64,000 bases of DNA from Cyanidioschyzon merolae. Its lineage: Eukaryota. The notes under the pieces were generated by a model. It ran no database searches. It saw only the letters and a program-made list of their open reading frames with translations, and was not told the origin of the DNA. Every line of letters begins with the position of its first letter. Position 1 is the first letter of the stretch. The position numbers were made by a program, and so were the translations under genes. The stretch lies in NCBI GenBank assembly GCA_000091205.1, contig AP006497.2, one strand, 5' to 3'. Positions 1 to 10,655 of the stretch are shown piece after piece.

Positions 1-1011
1 GTTCGGGTTCTTGCTATTCGGCATGCCCAGGCCGTTAATCCGTTTTTCAAAGCCCGGATGGACGACCTCCGGTATTTTGACTCGCAGCCGACGGCCATCG
101 AGGTGCTTGAACTCGATCTCCGTCCCAGTCAGCGCATCCTTGAGCGGAACCTGCACATTGTAAATAAGGTCATTACCTGAGCGCTCAAAAAGCGGATGCG
201 GCTTCTGTTTCAGAATGAAGACCACATCAGCTGGAATCTCGTTAGGGTCGATTTCGTCGCCCTCTCGCTCGAAGCGGATTTTCGTACCGGCCTTGAAGCC
301 TGGTCGAATATCAATCGTAAGGATTTTCTCGACGGGAACAATTTGTCCGGACGAAGCGTCCCGTATTCGTTTCGTGAGCTTAATTTTCTTCTGAGTGCCA
401 CTGTACAGCTCCTCTAGGGTCAAAGCGAGGGGCACTTCATGATCGGGCGCCTTCTTTTGAGTTCGCCGAACGCCGCCAAAGCCGGAATCGAAAGGAGACG
501 CTCCGCCAAAGCGACTGCTTCCAGCACCGCCGCCAGTTCTCGATGAAAACGATGTGAACGGATCGTCTGCCGCAGCGCGACCGAAAAATTCGCGGAATAA
601 CTCTTCGGGATCCTGGAAACCAAAGCCTCCGAAGCCACCGGGCATGCCGGCGCCACCGGGCCCCGCTGAAGAAAAGAAGAAGGTCGTGCCGTTACCGCCG
701 CCGCCACCGCCCGCCCCTCCTGGAAAGCCGGCGAAGCCGCCAGGAAAACCGCCGGCGCCTGCACCACCGTTCTCGTGCATGCCGGCCTTGATGCCTTCTT
801 CACCAAATTTATCATATATTTCGCGTTTCCTAGGGTCTACGAGAACCTGGTACGCCTCGCTGATTTCTTTGAACTTTCGCGTAGCGAGCTCCTTGTTGTC
901 AGGGTTCTTGTCCGGGTGCCATTTCATTGCGAGGCGCCGGTACGCCCTTTTCAAGGCTGCCTCATCTGCATCCCGGGGAACGCCAAGAATTTTATAATAG
1001 TCGAGTCCCAT
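1..1011 (-). CDS. DnaJ/Hsp40 co-chaperone, class B-like (J domain, G/F-rich linker, C-terminal substrate-binding domain); 3' part runs off window start (partial)
   Basis: Manual minus-strand translation from ATG at 1011..1009: [73 protein letters not shown] (J domain with HPD), then a Gly/Phe-rich stretch ([13 protein letters not shown]...[18 protein letters not shown]), then ...[25 protein letters not shown] typical of the DnaJB C-terminal domain. It is absent from the supplied ORF track because the frame stays open at the window edge. The listed + ORF 554..997 (Pro-rich) is its antisense shadow. Confidence 0.85.
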   Translation of the reverse strand, partial: MGLDYYKILGVPRDADEAALKRAYRRLAMKWHPDKNPDNKELATRKFKEISEAYQVLVDPRKREIYDKFGEEGIKAGMHENGGAGAGGFPGGFAGFPGGAGGGGGGNGTTFFFSSAGPGGAGMPGGFGGFGFQDPEELFREFFGRAAADDPFTSFSSRTGGGAGSSRFGGASPFDSGFGGVRRTQKKAPDHEVPLALTLEELYSGTQKKIKLTKRIRDASSGQIVPVEKILTIDIRPGFKAGTKIRFEREGDEIDPNEIPADVVFILKQKPHPLFERSGNDLIYNVQVPLKDALTGTEIEFKHLDGRRLRVKIPEVVHPGFEKRINGLGMPNSKNPN

Positions 1012-1499
1012 TCCTCTTCACGACAGCAACTCCCTCGAAACGCTCGGGGCGTGCTTCCACGCGGGTTTACGTGTCTGTTGTGTGTAGCAAGCCAGAGGAT
1101 CTTGCAACACTCAATGGCCCGATTTCGCTATCCACATTGCCGCTTTCATCCGTTGATGCTCGAGGCACGCGCCTGGCCGGCCGCACGCTGATCGCTGGCG
1201 CGCGCGGAAGTCTCTGGAAGGCGGGGTCATATTTTTCCCTTAATGGACAGTTCCATCACATGCTGCGTGTCGCGTTGTACCCGCTACGGAGAACGTAGAT
1301 CATCTGCAGCGGGGATGTGACAAGCCGATCGCTGTGCCCTCATGAAGCTGGGTATGGACAGGCTCGCAATGCTTAGCGTTTTGGTATCTGCACTTGGGGA
1401 CGCAATCCATCAGAAGGCCTCTGGGTGATGCATAGAATGACTGGATGGTCTCTGGTTCAGTGAGTAGGAGGATTCGATCATCGCAGATCTCGAACGCCC

Positions 1500-2170
1500 A
1501 GCTTCCTATTCCTCTCTCGGGTGGAAATGCAGTACTGAACTGCTCGATCTGCTCTTACATTTCTTCATTCATTTCGGGCTTGTTTTGGGTGTACTGTCTC
1601 GATTTTCGAAGTACGATACGAGGGACTTGCGAGTTCGTACGTATTTTTAGGATTCTTGGACTTATTTTTGAGTGGCTCACTCGAATCTCTGCTGATGGAG
1701 CTCATTGCGTCTTAGGAATCAAGATGATTCACGTAATCGTAGAGCAAGTGTTCGTAAAATGACCAATGTCATTATCCATTGTATAGGAAGTATCCTCCAT
1801 TCTTCTCGTTTCTTTTGCGCACTGCATCCTCTAATCACACGTTGTATCCAAGTTTTAGACCTTTCTGCTTCGGGCCAACCTGTGGGCTCAACAATTTGCG
1901 CGTCTGGACTGACGACGAATACCACTCGTCGATCTCAAATGGCGGCATGTGTAGAAGCTCGTGCCAAAAGTTCGTTGAGCTTCTCGAGTCAAATATTCGA
2001 TTCCGTTCCAAACACAAATCTACCACGCTCTGTGAACATCGACGAAACTGTTTCGGCGGCAGCATGATACCTCTCGTGCGATATGCTCCAAGACATCCCG
2101 TTTCCTCTGTTCTTTTTCGATGGAAAAAGGTCCTGGAGTCGGACTTGAGGCATGACAACGATCGCTTTCG
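1500..2170 (+). repeat. Dispersed repeat family B, copy 1 (noncoding; contains the conserved ~60-nt core at 1745-1810)
   Basis: By-eye alignment to 14303-14835, 15233-15765 (inverted) and 27390-27860: shared blocks such as cgtaaaa..tgtcattatcca..ata.g...tcctcca, ctaatcacacgttgt/caaatcacgcgttct, ggactcggacttgag.cat..ca..gatcgctt. Boundaries are approximate. Confidence 0.55.
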
Positions 2171-3469
2171 TTGGAGTATGTGTGACCGCTTTGCACGAAC
2201 GCAGCGTCGATGCATCGAGAGTTTTCGATCTTTTCTCCACCGCTCTTTTCGCTTTCGGTTCTTGATTCGCCATGAATCAGCTCGGGTTCCGCCAACATCT
2301 GTCGAATGGTACAGCGTGCGCGTGCGTGTGCACCAAAAAGAGTACTCGCCGAGGATATTGCTCGCAAGAGTCACGCGATCGTAGGGCAGGGCACCGGGAG
2401 CGAAAACGATGGAGACTGCCCAAAGGAGCCTTCCGTAACCGTCAGCGACATGCGCCGGACCCTGAAGCCAGTCTGAACGCGGTGCAGGACGGCCCTCGGG
2501 CGAGCGGATCTGAAGTGCCTACAGAAGCCCTGGTTCACGTTCAAGTGTCACCGCTGCACAGCGCGCACCGAGGCTTTATGCATAGAGTATCAATATGCGA
2601 AACGAGGCGTGGATCGCAACCACCGTCTGAGCATGAAACGCGTCGGTAACAGCCGGAAGCATCGAATCCGAGAGTTTAACACTGCCGTCAACATCGTTTG
2701 ACTGCTGCCAATAGGGCCACAGGGACAAGAGAGACCTCTGTGTTTAGATCTAGAGGTAAGAGCGAGGGCAAGGAAGCAATTGCAGAAAATTCTCGCACTT
2801 TCTTGTATTGATGACATTGGGCAGAGACTCGAACTTTAGAGTGTACGCACGAGTTGGATACGCGGACTCTAGTCTGAAACGGATATATTCAGCGACTCGA
2901 ATGGCCTCTGAGTAAACGGGTCTATTGAAGCGATAGGAAATGGAACACTCCGGAAGGAACGTTACAGGTTCTGGTACTCGTGAAATATAGAAGAATTTGT
3001 GCGGCACACGAGCTCCGTTTCCTGATTAGCACCAAAGCTTCCGCATCCGAAAGCCTTACTGGTTGCTTCGCGATATCCGTCGCCCATGCAGAGATTCTGC
3101 CGCCTTCGGCCTCGTCGCTGGCAAAAAAGGAGCGGCTGTCAGGTCAGGTCCGTGTCATGGCCTCCACACAGAAGCGGAAGCAACCAGACCGCGGAACTGC
3201 TTTCCGTACTCGAGCTGGGCACGAGACGATGACCCCAGCTCTGCGCTTCGTATCCGACTGCAGGCATGCAACGCGTCCAGTCCATTCGTTGTATGCAATC
3301 GTTAGTTGCAGCCTCCTGGAAGCAGCAGATATTGATTCAATTGCGTGATCTGTATGTCCAACGCGAACTAGGCTTTATCAGAGTCGCATTCGCACGCATG
3401 TATCGCTCAGTTCTGCGTACTTCAAATCCAGTACGCAAATATGTGTCCGAAATATGCAGTCTCGCATTT

Positions 3470-5722
3470 CTACGCACCTATACTTCCCACAAATGCCGGT
3501 CCGAAAACCATTGTCAGTGTCGATAACATCTTGATCAGCACGTGCAGACTCGGTCCCGCTGTGTCCTTAAGCGGATCGCCGACCGTGTCTCCAGTGACAC
3601 TCGCCTTGTGTGCCTGGCTACCCTTGCCGCCGTAGTGCCCATCCTCGATGTACTTTTTCGCATTATCAGCCGCACCTCCAGCATTATTCATAAAGAGCGC
3701 CATAAGTATCCCAGCAATTGTGGCAACCATAAGGAGACCCGCCGCGCATTCAAGTCCTAGCAACGGGCGTCCGGTCATATTACCTATGAAGCGGAAGAGC
3801 ATCCCAATCATGATAGGAGCAAGAACCGGCAAGAGTCCCGGCAAAACCATTTGACGAAGCGCCGACGCTGCAACGAGCGCAACACAACGCTCATACTCTG
3901 GCTTCTCAGTGCCAGCCATAATGCCAGGATGGTCACGAAACTGCCGCCGAACTTCCGCAACGACGCCCTGTGCAGCGCGACCAACGGCAGTCATCGCCAG
4001 ACTCGAAAACAGAAACACCACTGCTGCACCTAAGAGACCAGCGACAAATACCTCCGGCTTCGCCAGGTCCACCGAATTGAACACCATCTTTTCCGGCAGC
4101 TGTGCACTCATTTCCTCCATAAAGGAGCTGAAGAGCAAGTAGCCCGCAAGCGCTGCGGAGCCGACGGCGAAGCCCTTGGTGAAAGCTTTGGTGCTGTTCC
4201 CCGCTGCATCGAGCCGATCGGTTATGCGACGAACGCTGGGGTCCGCTCCGCTCATCTCCGCGATGCCACCTGCATTATCAGCAACGGGCCCGAACACATC
4301 CATTGCCAGAACGATTCCCGCGGAGCTCAGCATGCCCATGGTGGCCACAGCAGTGCCGAAAATTCCAGCCGCGTTTCGATCCGGCATGCCAGACGTTGCA
4401 CCGAGCCAGTACGCACCAAGAATCGCAGCTGAAACGACGATGGCAGGCAACGCACTCGACTCGAGACCAACAGCGAGCATTCGTATCACATTCGTCCCGT
4501 GACCGTACTCTGAGGCTTCCGCAATGCTGCGCACAGGCCGAAACTTGGTATCCGTATAATACTCCGTTATGAGTACGTAAAGATAGGATACTGCCAGTCC
4601 AATCATCCCGCAGAGCGCGTAGTGCCACCAGGCACTTGGCGCCACATTTCCGACGCGCAAAAGCAGCCAGCATAGTACCCAAATGGAAATTGCTGCAAGC
4701 ACCATCGTCACACGAAAGCCTCTTTTCATGATCGACATTGGATCTTCAAGCCTCGTCTCGAAGGCATCGTCAGTCCTCAGCAAAGAACGCTCTTCGTCTC
4801 TCGCAACGCCGCTGCTCACACGAACGGTGACGCCGCCGAGAGCGCTACATACCAGTCCGACGGCATGCACGCAGAGCGGAAACAGAACGTACGCCGCTTG
4901 ACTAGCCCCGGACAAGTTCGCCGTTCTCGCGAGCGTGCCTCCGAGAATGCTCGCTCCAACTAGCTCCGCAGAGATCGACTCAAACAGGTCACAGGAGCGC
5001 CCGGAAGCGTCGCCGACGTTATCGCCTACCAAATCAGCGATGGTGGCTGGATTTCGCGGATCGTCCTCGGGAATACCTGTGTCAACTTTGCCGACCATAT
5101 CGGCCCCGACATCCGCAGCCTTGGTGTAGATGCCTCCCCCAAGCTGTGCGAAGAGCGCCACAAAGGAGGCTCCAAAAGCGTAACCCACGAACAGGACAGG
5201 GACCTGCGTTATGTCGCCAGCCGCCATCCCCGTCACAAGGGCGAACCAGTAGAGCAAGATGAAGCCCACCAAACAGTTGCTCAGTATGAGGAGACCCCCG
5301 AAGAGGCCACCTCGGAAACAAACCTTCATCGCTTCAGCATAGGACCTACTTGCAGCCGCTGCAACACGCACGTTCACCCGAACAGCCAAGTACATTGTCA
5401 GCACACCAGAGAGCGCCGAGAGCGTGCCACCAAGCAGAAAGGCTGCCGCGTTGAAGAAAGGTGAGGCTTGCGTCGTGCCGCCCGCACCCCCTGTGCCGAA
5501 AAAATAGATCACAAGCGCGAATATACCTGCTATGCTAGCTATCGTCGAATACTGCACCTTGAAAAATCCGGAGGCACCCTCTTGAATCGGACGCGCGACA
5601 TCGCGCATGGACTGCGGCCCTTCTGGACAGCCGATCAAGTACTCATACAGACGGTATGTAAAAATCAGTGTTCCAAACGCTATCACTGCTAAAACTGCCA
5701 AAATAAAACCCGCCGTAAACAT
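3470..5722 (-). CDS. H+-translocating inorganic pyrophosphatase (V-PPase)
   Basis: 750-aa ORF with hallmark V-PPase motifs GGIYTKAADVGADMVGKVD, PEDDPRNPATIADLVGDNVGD and DTVGDPLKDTAGPSLHVLIK; many TM segments. Confidence 0.95.
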   Translation of the reverse strand: MFTAGFILAVLAVIAFGTLIFTYRLYEYLIGCPEGPQSMRDVARPIQEGASGFFKVQYSTIASIAGIFALVIYFFGTGGAGGTTQASPFFNAAAFLLGGTLSALSGVLTMYLAVRVNVRVAAAASRSYAEAMKVCFRGGLFGGLLILSNCLVGFILLYWFALVTGMAAGDITQVPVLFVGYAFGASFVALFAQLGGGIYTKAADVGADMVGKVDTGIPEDDPRNPATIADLVGDNVGDASGRSCDLFESISAELVGASILGGTLARTANLSGASQAAYVLFPLCVHAVGLVCSALGGVTVRVSSGVARDEERSLLRTDDAFETRLEDPMSIMKRGFRVTMVLAAISIWVLCWLLLRVGNVAPSAWWHYALCGMIGLAVSYLYVLITEYYTDTKFRPVRSIAEASEYGHGTNVIRMLAVGLESSALPAIVVSAAILGAYWLGATSGMPDRNAAGIFGTAVATMGMLSSAGIVLAMDVFGPVADNAGGIAEMSGADPSVRRITDRLDAAGNSTKAFTKGFAVGSAALAGYLLFSSFMEEMSAQLPEKMVFNSVDLAKPEVFVAGLLGAAVVFLFSSLAMTAVGRAAQGVVAEVRRQFRDHPGIMAGTEKPEYERCVALVAASALRQMVLPGLLPVLAPIMIGMLFRFIGNMTGRPLLGLECAAGLLMVATIAGILMALFMNNAGGAADNAKKYIEDGHYGGKGSQAHKASVTGDTVGDPLKDTAGPSLHVLIKMLSTLTMVFGPAFVGSIGA

Positions 5723-6009
5723 TCTCGTTTCTATGTAGCAACTTGTCTGGGGAGAGCGTCACTTGAGCGCGCTAAGTACAGTTGCGCGTGTCTATGGGCT
5801 GCAACCTGCGGGACAAGCAGTAGCAGCAGTAGGAGCAGTACAAGCGATTTTATCCTATCAGAGATAGCTGCAAGAGCTGCATCGCAAAACAGCGCTGCGC
5901 GGGTGATCTGGGGCCGTGCGCTGCACATCGAGCGCAGCCAGTGCCTCGATCGCCATGCGCAGATGTTGGTTCCCAGAAGGTTTCCACTGGTATGGGATTC
6001 GATACTGCG

Positions 6010-6081
6010 GGATGGATGGATGGATGGATGGTTGGTTGGTTGGTTGGTTGGTTGGTTGGTTGGATGGATGGTTGGTTGGAT
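6010..6081. repeat. Microsatellite (TGGA/TGGT)n
   Basis: Direct reading: ggatggatggatggatggttggttggttggttggttggttggttggatggatggttggttggat. It generates the PTNQ/WLVG-repeat artefact ORFs listed at 5731-6213. Confidence 0.9.
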
Positions 6082-6838
6082 ATGGGCTTTTGGGAAAGCG
6101 TCGATTATTCTCCACTCTGCCTCCAAGTTCGATTTCTTATACTCTCTGTCGGGTGTAAGAGTCGTTATGTATGTTCTATCGTGCTCTTAACCTGCCTTGA
6201 GCACGGGCGATAGCACTTATGCCGCTAGAGCAGATGCTGAACGTAGACAGGAAGGTTTTGCCGTACTACTATGGGCGTTGGATCCAGGCTTGGTTCATCC
6301 GACATGGGGAGTGGATTCATTATGATTCGGGGAACTAGCAAGCTGCGCAGAGAGACGTGCTGCCTGCGGCAGCGATAAATGATATCCTAGCAGTCCACTG
6401 CGACCAGGGTAACGTCCAGACGCAGCCTAACTGCTCCCAAATCCCGGAATGAACTACGCTGCGGACGAGTCGCTCAGGTCTCACTAAAGTACCCGCCACT
6501 GCGAAGAGCATAACGTACTAGCCTTGTGGAGCCTTCCGGCTGGAAGGTAAACTTTCGACAATACGGAAAGTAGTTTTCCCTTTTGACGTTGACCTAAGAG
6601 GGAGAGAGAGATCGTTATATTGTTGCTAGCTAGTGGTTCGTTTCTATTTTTTTTCTACAACGCGGTCGATGCGCGCTCCTCCATATCTTGCAGGCATGAT
6701 TCACGATGCACATCTCACCGTTGAAAGGGAATGCGATGATGATCAATAGCCTGTTGTTCTGACTTACAAGTCGAATTTGCGTTGTGGTCGTAGCAAAGTA
6801 TAGTTTTTCAGTTCAATTGTGTTTCAACCCTCAAGCAA

Positions 6839-7306
6839 GTGTATTCAGGTGCTTTTTCGCAGTTTATAGCAGAAGTTTTCAAAGTGAATTCGTTATCCAA
6901 AACAAAATACAGTTATGGAAATGGAAGAGGAGGATCCTGGGCGGCCGCTGTCACCGGCTGCCCGACAAAACGAGAAACAGTGCCGAGCCCAGAGGAACAG
7001 ACGAAGAACAAGAAGCAGAACTGGGATTTCGTACGTCAGATGCAACTCGTGATGCGATACATCGACGAGAATATGGTGAAAGCCTTTCTTCGAGGCGATA
7101 CCAAGGATCCCCACAAGCAAAAGTTTCTAGAGGCCATCAGAAATCGTGTCGCGTCCCACTCCATGAGGATTATCAAGACTTCTTCAGGAATAGTGCATTT
7201 GGTGACGAAGATGTATCGCGACTTGACATATATGAAAACAGTCGAGGTTCCGGGAGAAAATTTCAACAAGGCCATTATCCGCCACTTGATACTTGGAACC
7301 AGGTAA
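6839..7306 (+). CDS. Hypothetical small protein (155 aa), no family recognised
   Basis: Only sizeable ORF in a 2.8 kb gap between the V-PPase and LSD1-like genes. Composition is protein-like (MRYIDENMVKAFLRGDTKDPHKQKFLEAIRNR...), but I could not match it to a known family and minus-strand ORFs overlap it. Confidence 0.3.
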   Translation: MYSGAFSQFIAEVFKVNSLSKTKYSYGNGRGGSWAAAVTGCPTKRETVPSPEEQTKNKKQNWDFVRQMQLVMRYIDENMVKAFLRGDTKDPHKQKFLEAIRNRVASHSMRIIKTSSGIVHLVTKMYRDLTYMKTVEVPGENFNKAIIRHLILGTR

Positions 7307-8510
7307 ACGTCGAGGCCAAACGATCGAGTACACACCCTACAGGAAAATCACGCCGAATACCGCTTCACCAGTACTCGAGACAGGGGTAATTCGGATATTG
7401 ACACTTGCGGGGCAATCAAGTGCATCATGAACCTGAAGAACCATATGACCATGAACCTCAAACGCTTCATGATACGCTACTTCGTTGCACTCTGCCCGGG
7501 TCTCGTTCGCAAAGGGATCTGGGGCGACATCGATGGCATCATGAACGATCGCCAGCATGAATAGGATATCGAATTCGTCGACCAGAAGACATCACCCAGG
7601 AGCACAACTGAAGCTTCTGTAATCCGCTCGGCTATTCATGAGCACCATGCTGTCTTGGGGCTGGCGAGTCCAGCAGAGAAGCTATCAGAAATGAAAAACG
7701 ATGTAAAAGGATACTATCCCCTCATCCTGTGCTATTTCATGTTCCTGAACCTCTAGCCGAAGAAAGCTTTCAAACCATCAGAAACATTCGACGACGGCAA
7801 CTCCACTGGAAACATAGCCGTTCGCAGCTGATTTTGCACCGAGTTGCGCGACGCGCTTGTCGCATGCACCCTGTAGCCGTCGCCTACGCATATGTTTATT
7901 TGCGAACGGCATTCAAATAGGTCACATGTCAATGAAAAGGTGCATTGCATGAACCGTGGATGCGCTGCCTTGCCGTTTGCTGGAAACTGCAGCAATCAAG
8001 AGGCACATCGATGAAAAGTTGCGATGCATGGTCCCAGACTCGCTGCCTTGCTGGCTGGCAGGAAACTCCAAAAAAAATCCCCACACGTCAGAGGCTAAGC
8101 AATCCAAACCACTCGAGTTTCGCGAGTCAAGAACGGCGCGATCCCTCTTGTAAACATATCCACATCCAAAAATCAAGTTCCAGGATGGGTCAGTTTAAAG
8201 CTTGGGCTCCAGCCATGGTAATAACGCAACCGTGTCATCCTCGATAGCAAGAACAGAATATTCCACTTATTTAACATGAAATATCAACAGCCAGTATAGA
8301 ATCGCTTCGCGTTCCATTATCGTGACGTATCCGCGAGCGTTTCCGATGGCATCGCATCGATATCCAGAAGCTTTGCTCTGGATGCGCGTCTTCCCCCAAA
8401 CACATACGACTGCAAACGCGCTGCGGGGCGTTCGCGAGCACTTGCGCAAGCCTAAGGAGATTTTGTTCGACCTTGATTTCAGTCAGGTGTCGGCTGCAAC
8501 AAGCTTCAGT

Positions 8511-10655
8511 TCAAAACATATCATTCGCGATGTCGCCATCGGTGCGTCGTCGTTTGCACCGCAGTCGATGTACAGCTGGCGTATCGGTGCTTCTGTGTGC
8601 CTTCTTGGTTTCATGAAAATGACAGAGAACTTCATATGCCGCCCGAATGCCGCTAAGATACGCACCACCTGCGGTGGTTGGATGTTTCCGGCTGGTATGC
8701 TCGCCGGCAAAGAACAGGCGTCCATCCACTGACTCCGCAGCTGTGTCATAGGCAGCGCCAGAGCTCCCCACCGGAACGTAAGAGTATGCACCTTGAGAAT
8801 ACTGATCTGATCTCCAACGCGTCACAACTGTCTCGAGCGGGTCAGGAGCTTCGGGAAAAGCCAATCGTAGTCGCTGCATAGCGGATGCCGTGATCGCATC
8901 ATCGCTCAGCATCTCCATGGAATCAGCGGCATCTGCGGGCAGCATACCCATGAGTGCAGGACATCCAATCAATGGCGTAAGGTCCCAGAACATATAGAAG
9001 CGTCCATCGTCGTGGGCCACCTCTTCAAGAGGGCATGCAACTCCGAACGAGCACAGCTTTGCGCTTTTTCGATCCGGATGCGTATGTGAAATCCAAAATG
9101 CACACGAAAAAAGGAGCACGATTTTGTTGAGGTTGCCATTGCCGACAGCGCGCAGGGCATCACGTTTCCAGACCGGCAACTCCGGGACAAAACGCAATAG
9201 TTTCGGGTCACGCAGAACACCGAGTGGTACAGCCAAAATGACGTAGTCTGCCAACTCGACACTGCCGTCACCACAAACAACCCGAACTGTGTCATTCATC
9301 CATTCAACTTTCTGCACTGGTCGCCTCAGCTGGATGTTCAAGCCGGTGGCTAGAGCCTGCACGACTTGGTCGAGTCCGCCCTCGACCATGCAGTGCTCAC
9401 CTTCAAATCCGAAAGGATCATCTTGGTCCCAGTGACAGAGGGAGAGTTTCTCGAGCGGTGCTGCGCATGCGTATTCCAAGTTGGATACGTGCCATCGGAC
9501 GATTGGCTGAAACTGATCAGGCTGCTGGTGGAGTTTCTGTTTCATGGCTTTTCGAAAAGCGTCTCCCAGAGATATACGATCAGCATCCCGGAGCTTCTGG
9601 CGCATTTTCACAGTCTCTTCAAGAATGCTGTTGTAGATGTCTTCGATTTTTGCGTCTAGCTCGGGGTCGAGAACCTCGTGAACACCAGCGAATATGGGAC
9701 AACTCGGGTCGACTTCGCGTAAATGCAGCCTCAACTGATACAATGCAATTAAACCAAGGGGATTCTGGCGGACTCCGGTGATGATCATGGCACCGAGATC
9801 CATAGACGCCTGCCCGAGCGAAGCTCTATGCGTCCAGATTCGACCACCAATCCGCGGACGGGCCTCCAACACCCGGACATCAAATGCTGGCTCGCATGCC
9901 CGCAAGTGCCGGGCAGCTGCAAGGCCTGCGATGCCTCCACCGATGACCAAAACTCTTGCAAGCGACTGGACACCATAGCTGGCGAGCTGTTGGAGAGGTA
10001 CGGCGCCAAAGAGGATCTTGCCTCTCCAGTGCAGGAAACGGAAACAAGCGCGAACGAGTTTGGTATATTCTGATGGTGTCTCCTGCTCAATATCCTCTGT
10101 GGATAGCCACTGCGTAGGATTACGCCACCACTTCCGAATGATATGATTTCGCACATCCAGAAAGAGGTCCGTGAGCGCTGATACATACTCGGGGAACTGG
10201 GCTGCCTCCTCAGGTTCGATCTCATTGACGGTGATGCCAGACCGCACCACAGCGGCAATATGTTCGCCTGGATTGAAGCAATCAAGCTTTGGCAAGTCAC
10301 TTTGCGTAGCTGTGTCCACCGCCTCTGCGAGCAACTTCTCGCAGGGCTCTAACCACTTTCGGTAGGTCTTCCCGAGAGCGTTTCCCGCATTCGTTGCCGT
10401 CCATGCCAGTCGCTGTTGCTGGGCTATCGGTTGAAAAGCCCGTTGCTGGTGCACCGTATGTATGCCTCCTCCAGCACGTACGCCCTCAAATAGCATAAAC
10501 AAGTCAATCTGGCGCCAGCCAACCCGAGGAGCCTTTAGTTCAGCGAAGCCCTTCTCGGTCCAATAGCTCGTCAGGGCTCGGTCGAAAGCTGCGCGGCCGA
10601 TCAGCCGACAAAGCGGGTCATCTGGTAGCGTCGACAAAACTGAGCAATCTTTCAT
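8511..10655 (-). CDS. LSD1/KDM1-type flavin amine-oxidase histone demethylase (SWIRM + FAD amine oxidase), with a possible ARID-like N-terminal region
   Basis: 714-aa ORF. Dinucleotide-binding motif VLVIGGGIAGLAAARHL...VRVLEARPRIGGRIWT and C-terminal FFAGEHTSRKHPTTAGGAYLSGIRAA are typical of polyamine/LSD1 amine oxidases. The preceding FLDVRNHIIRKWWRNPTQWLSTEDIEQ...YTKLVRACFRFLHWRGKILFG aligns to the LSD1 SWIRM domain. The N-terminal FDRALTSYWTEKGF...IDLFMLFEGVRAGGG resembles the ARID/BRIGHT core. Confidence 0.85.
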   Translation of the reverse strand: MKDCSVLSTLPDDPLCRLIGRAAFDRALTSYWTEKGFAELKAPRVGWRQIDLFMLFEGVRAGGGIHTVHQQRAFQPIAQQQRLAWTATNAGNALGKTYRKWLEPCEKLLAEAVDTATQSDLPKLDCFNPGEHIAAVVRSGITVNEIEPEEAAQFPEYVSALTDLFLDVRNHIIRKWWRNPTQWLSTEDIEQETPSEYTKLVRACFRFLHWRGKILFGAVPLQQLASYGVQSLARVLVIGGGIAGLAAARHLRACEPAFDVRVLEARPRIGGRIWTHRASLGQASMDLGAMIITGVRQNPLGLIALYQLRLHLREVDPSCPIFAGVHEVLDPELDAKIEDIYNSILEETVKMRQKLRDADRISLGDAFRKAMKQKLHQQPDQFQPIVRWHVSNLEYACAAPLEKLSLCHWDQDDPFGFEGEHCMVEGGLDQVVQALATGLNIQLRRPVQKVEWMNDTVRVVCGDGSVELADYVILAVPLGVLRDPKLLRFVPELPVWKRDALRAVGNGNLNKIVLLFSCAFWISHTHPDRKSAKLCSFGVACPLEEVAHDDGRFYMFWDLTPLIGCPALMGMLPADAADSMEMLSDDAITASAMQRLRLAFPEAPDPLETVVTRWRSDQYSQGAYSYVPVGSSGAAYDTAAESVDGRLFFAGEHTSRKHPTTAGGAYLSGIRAAYEVLCHFHETKKAHRSTDTPAVHRLRCKRRRTDGDIANDMF

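Noticed and set aside
554-997. 147-aa proline-rich ORF ([15 protein letters not shown]...[12 protein letters not shown])
   Set aside because: It is the antisense strand of the Gly/Phe-rich linker of the DnaJ gene; the low-complexity Pro run is simply the complement of GGN codons.
5731-6213. Several overlapping ORFs with PTNQ / WLVGW repeats
   Set aside because: They are produced by translating the (TGGA/TGGT)n microsatellite in different frames and strands.
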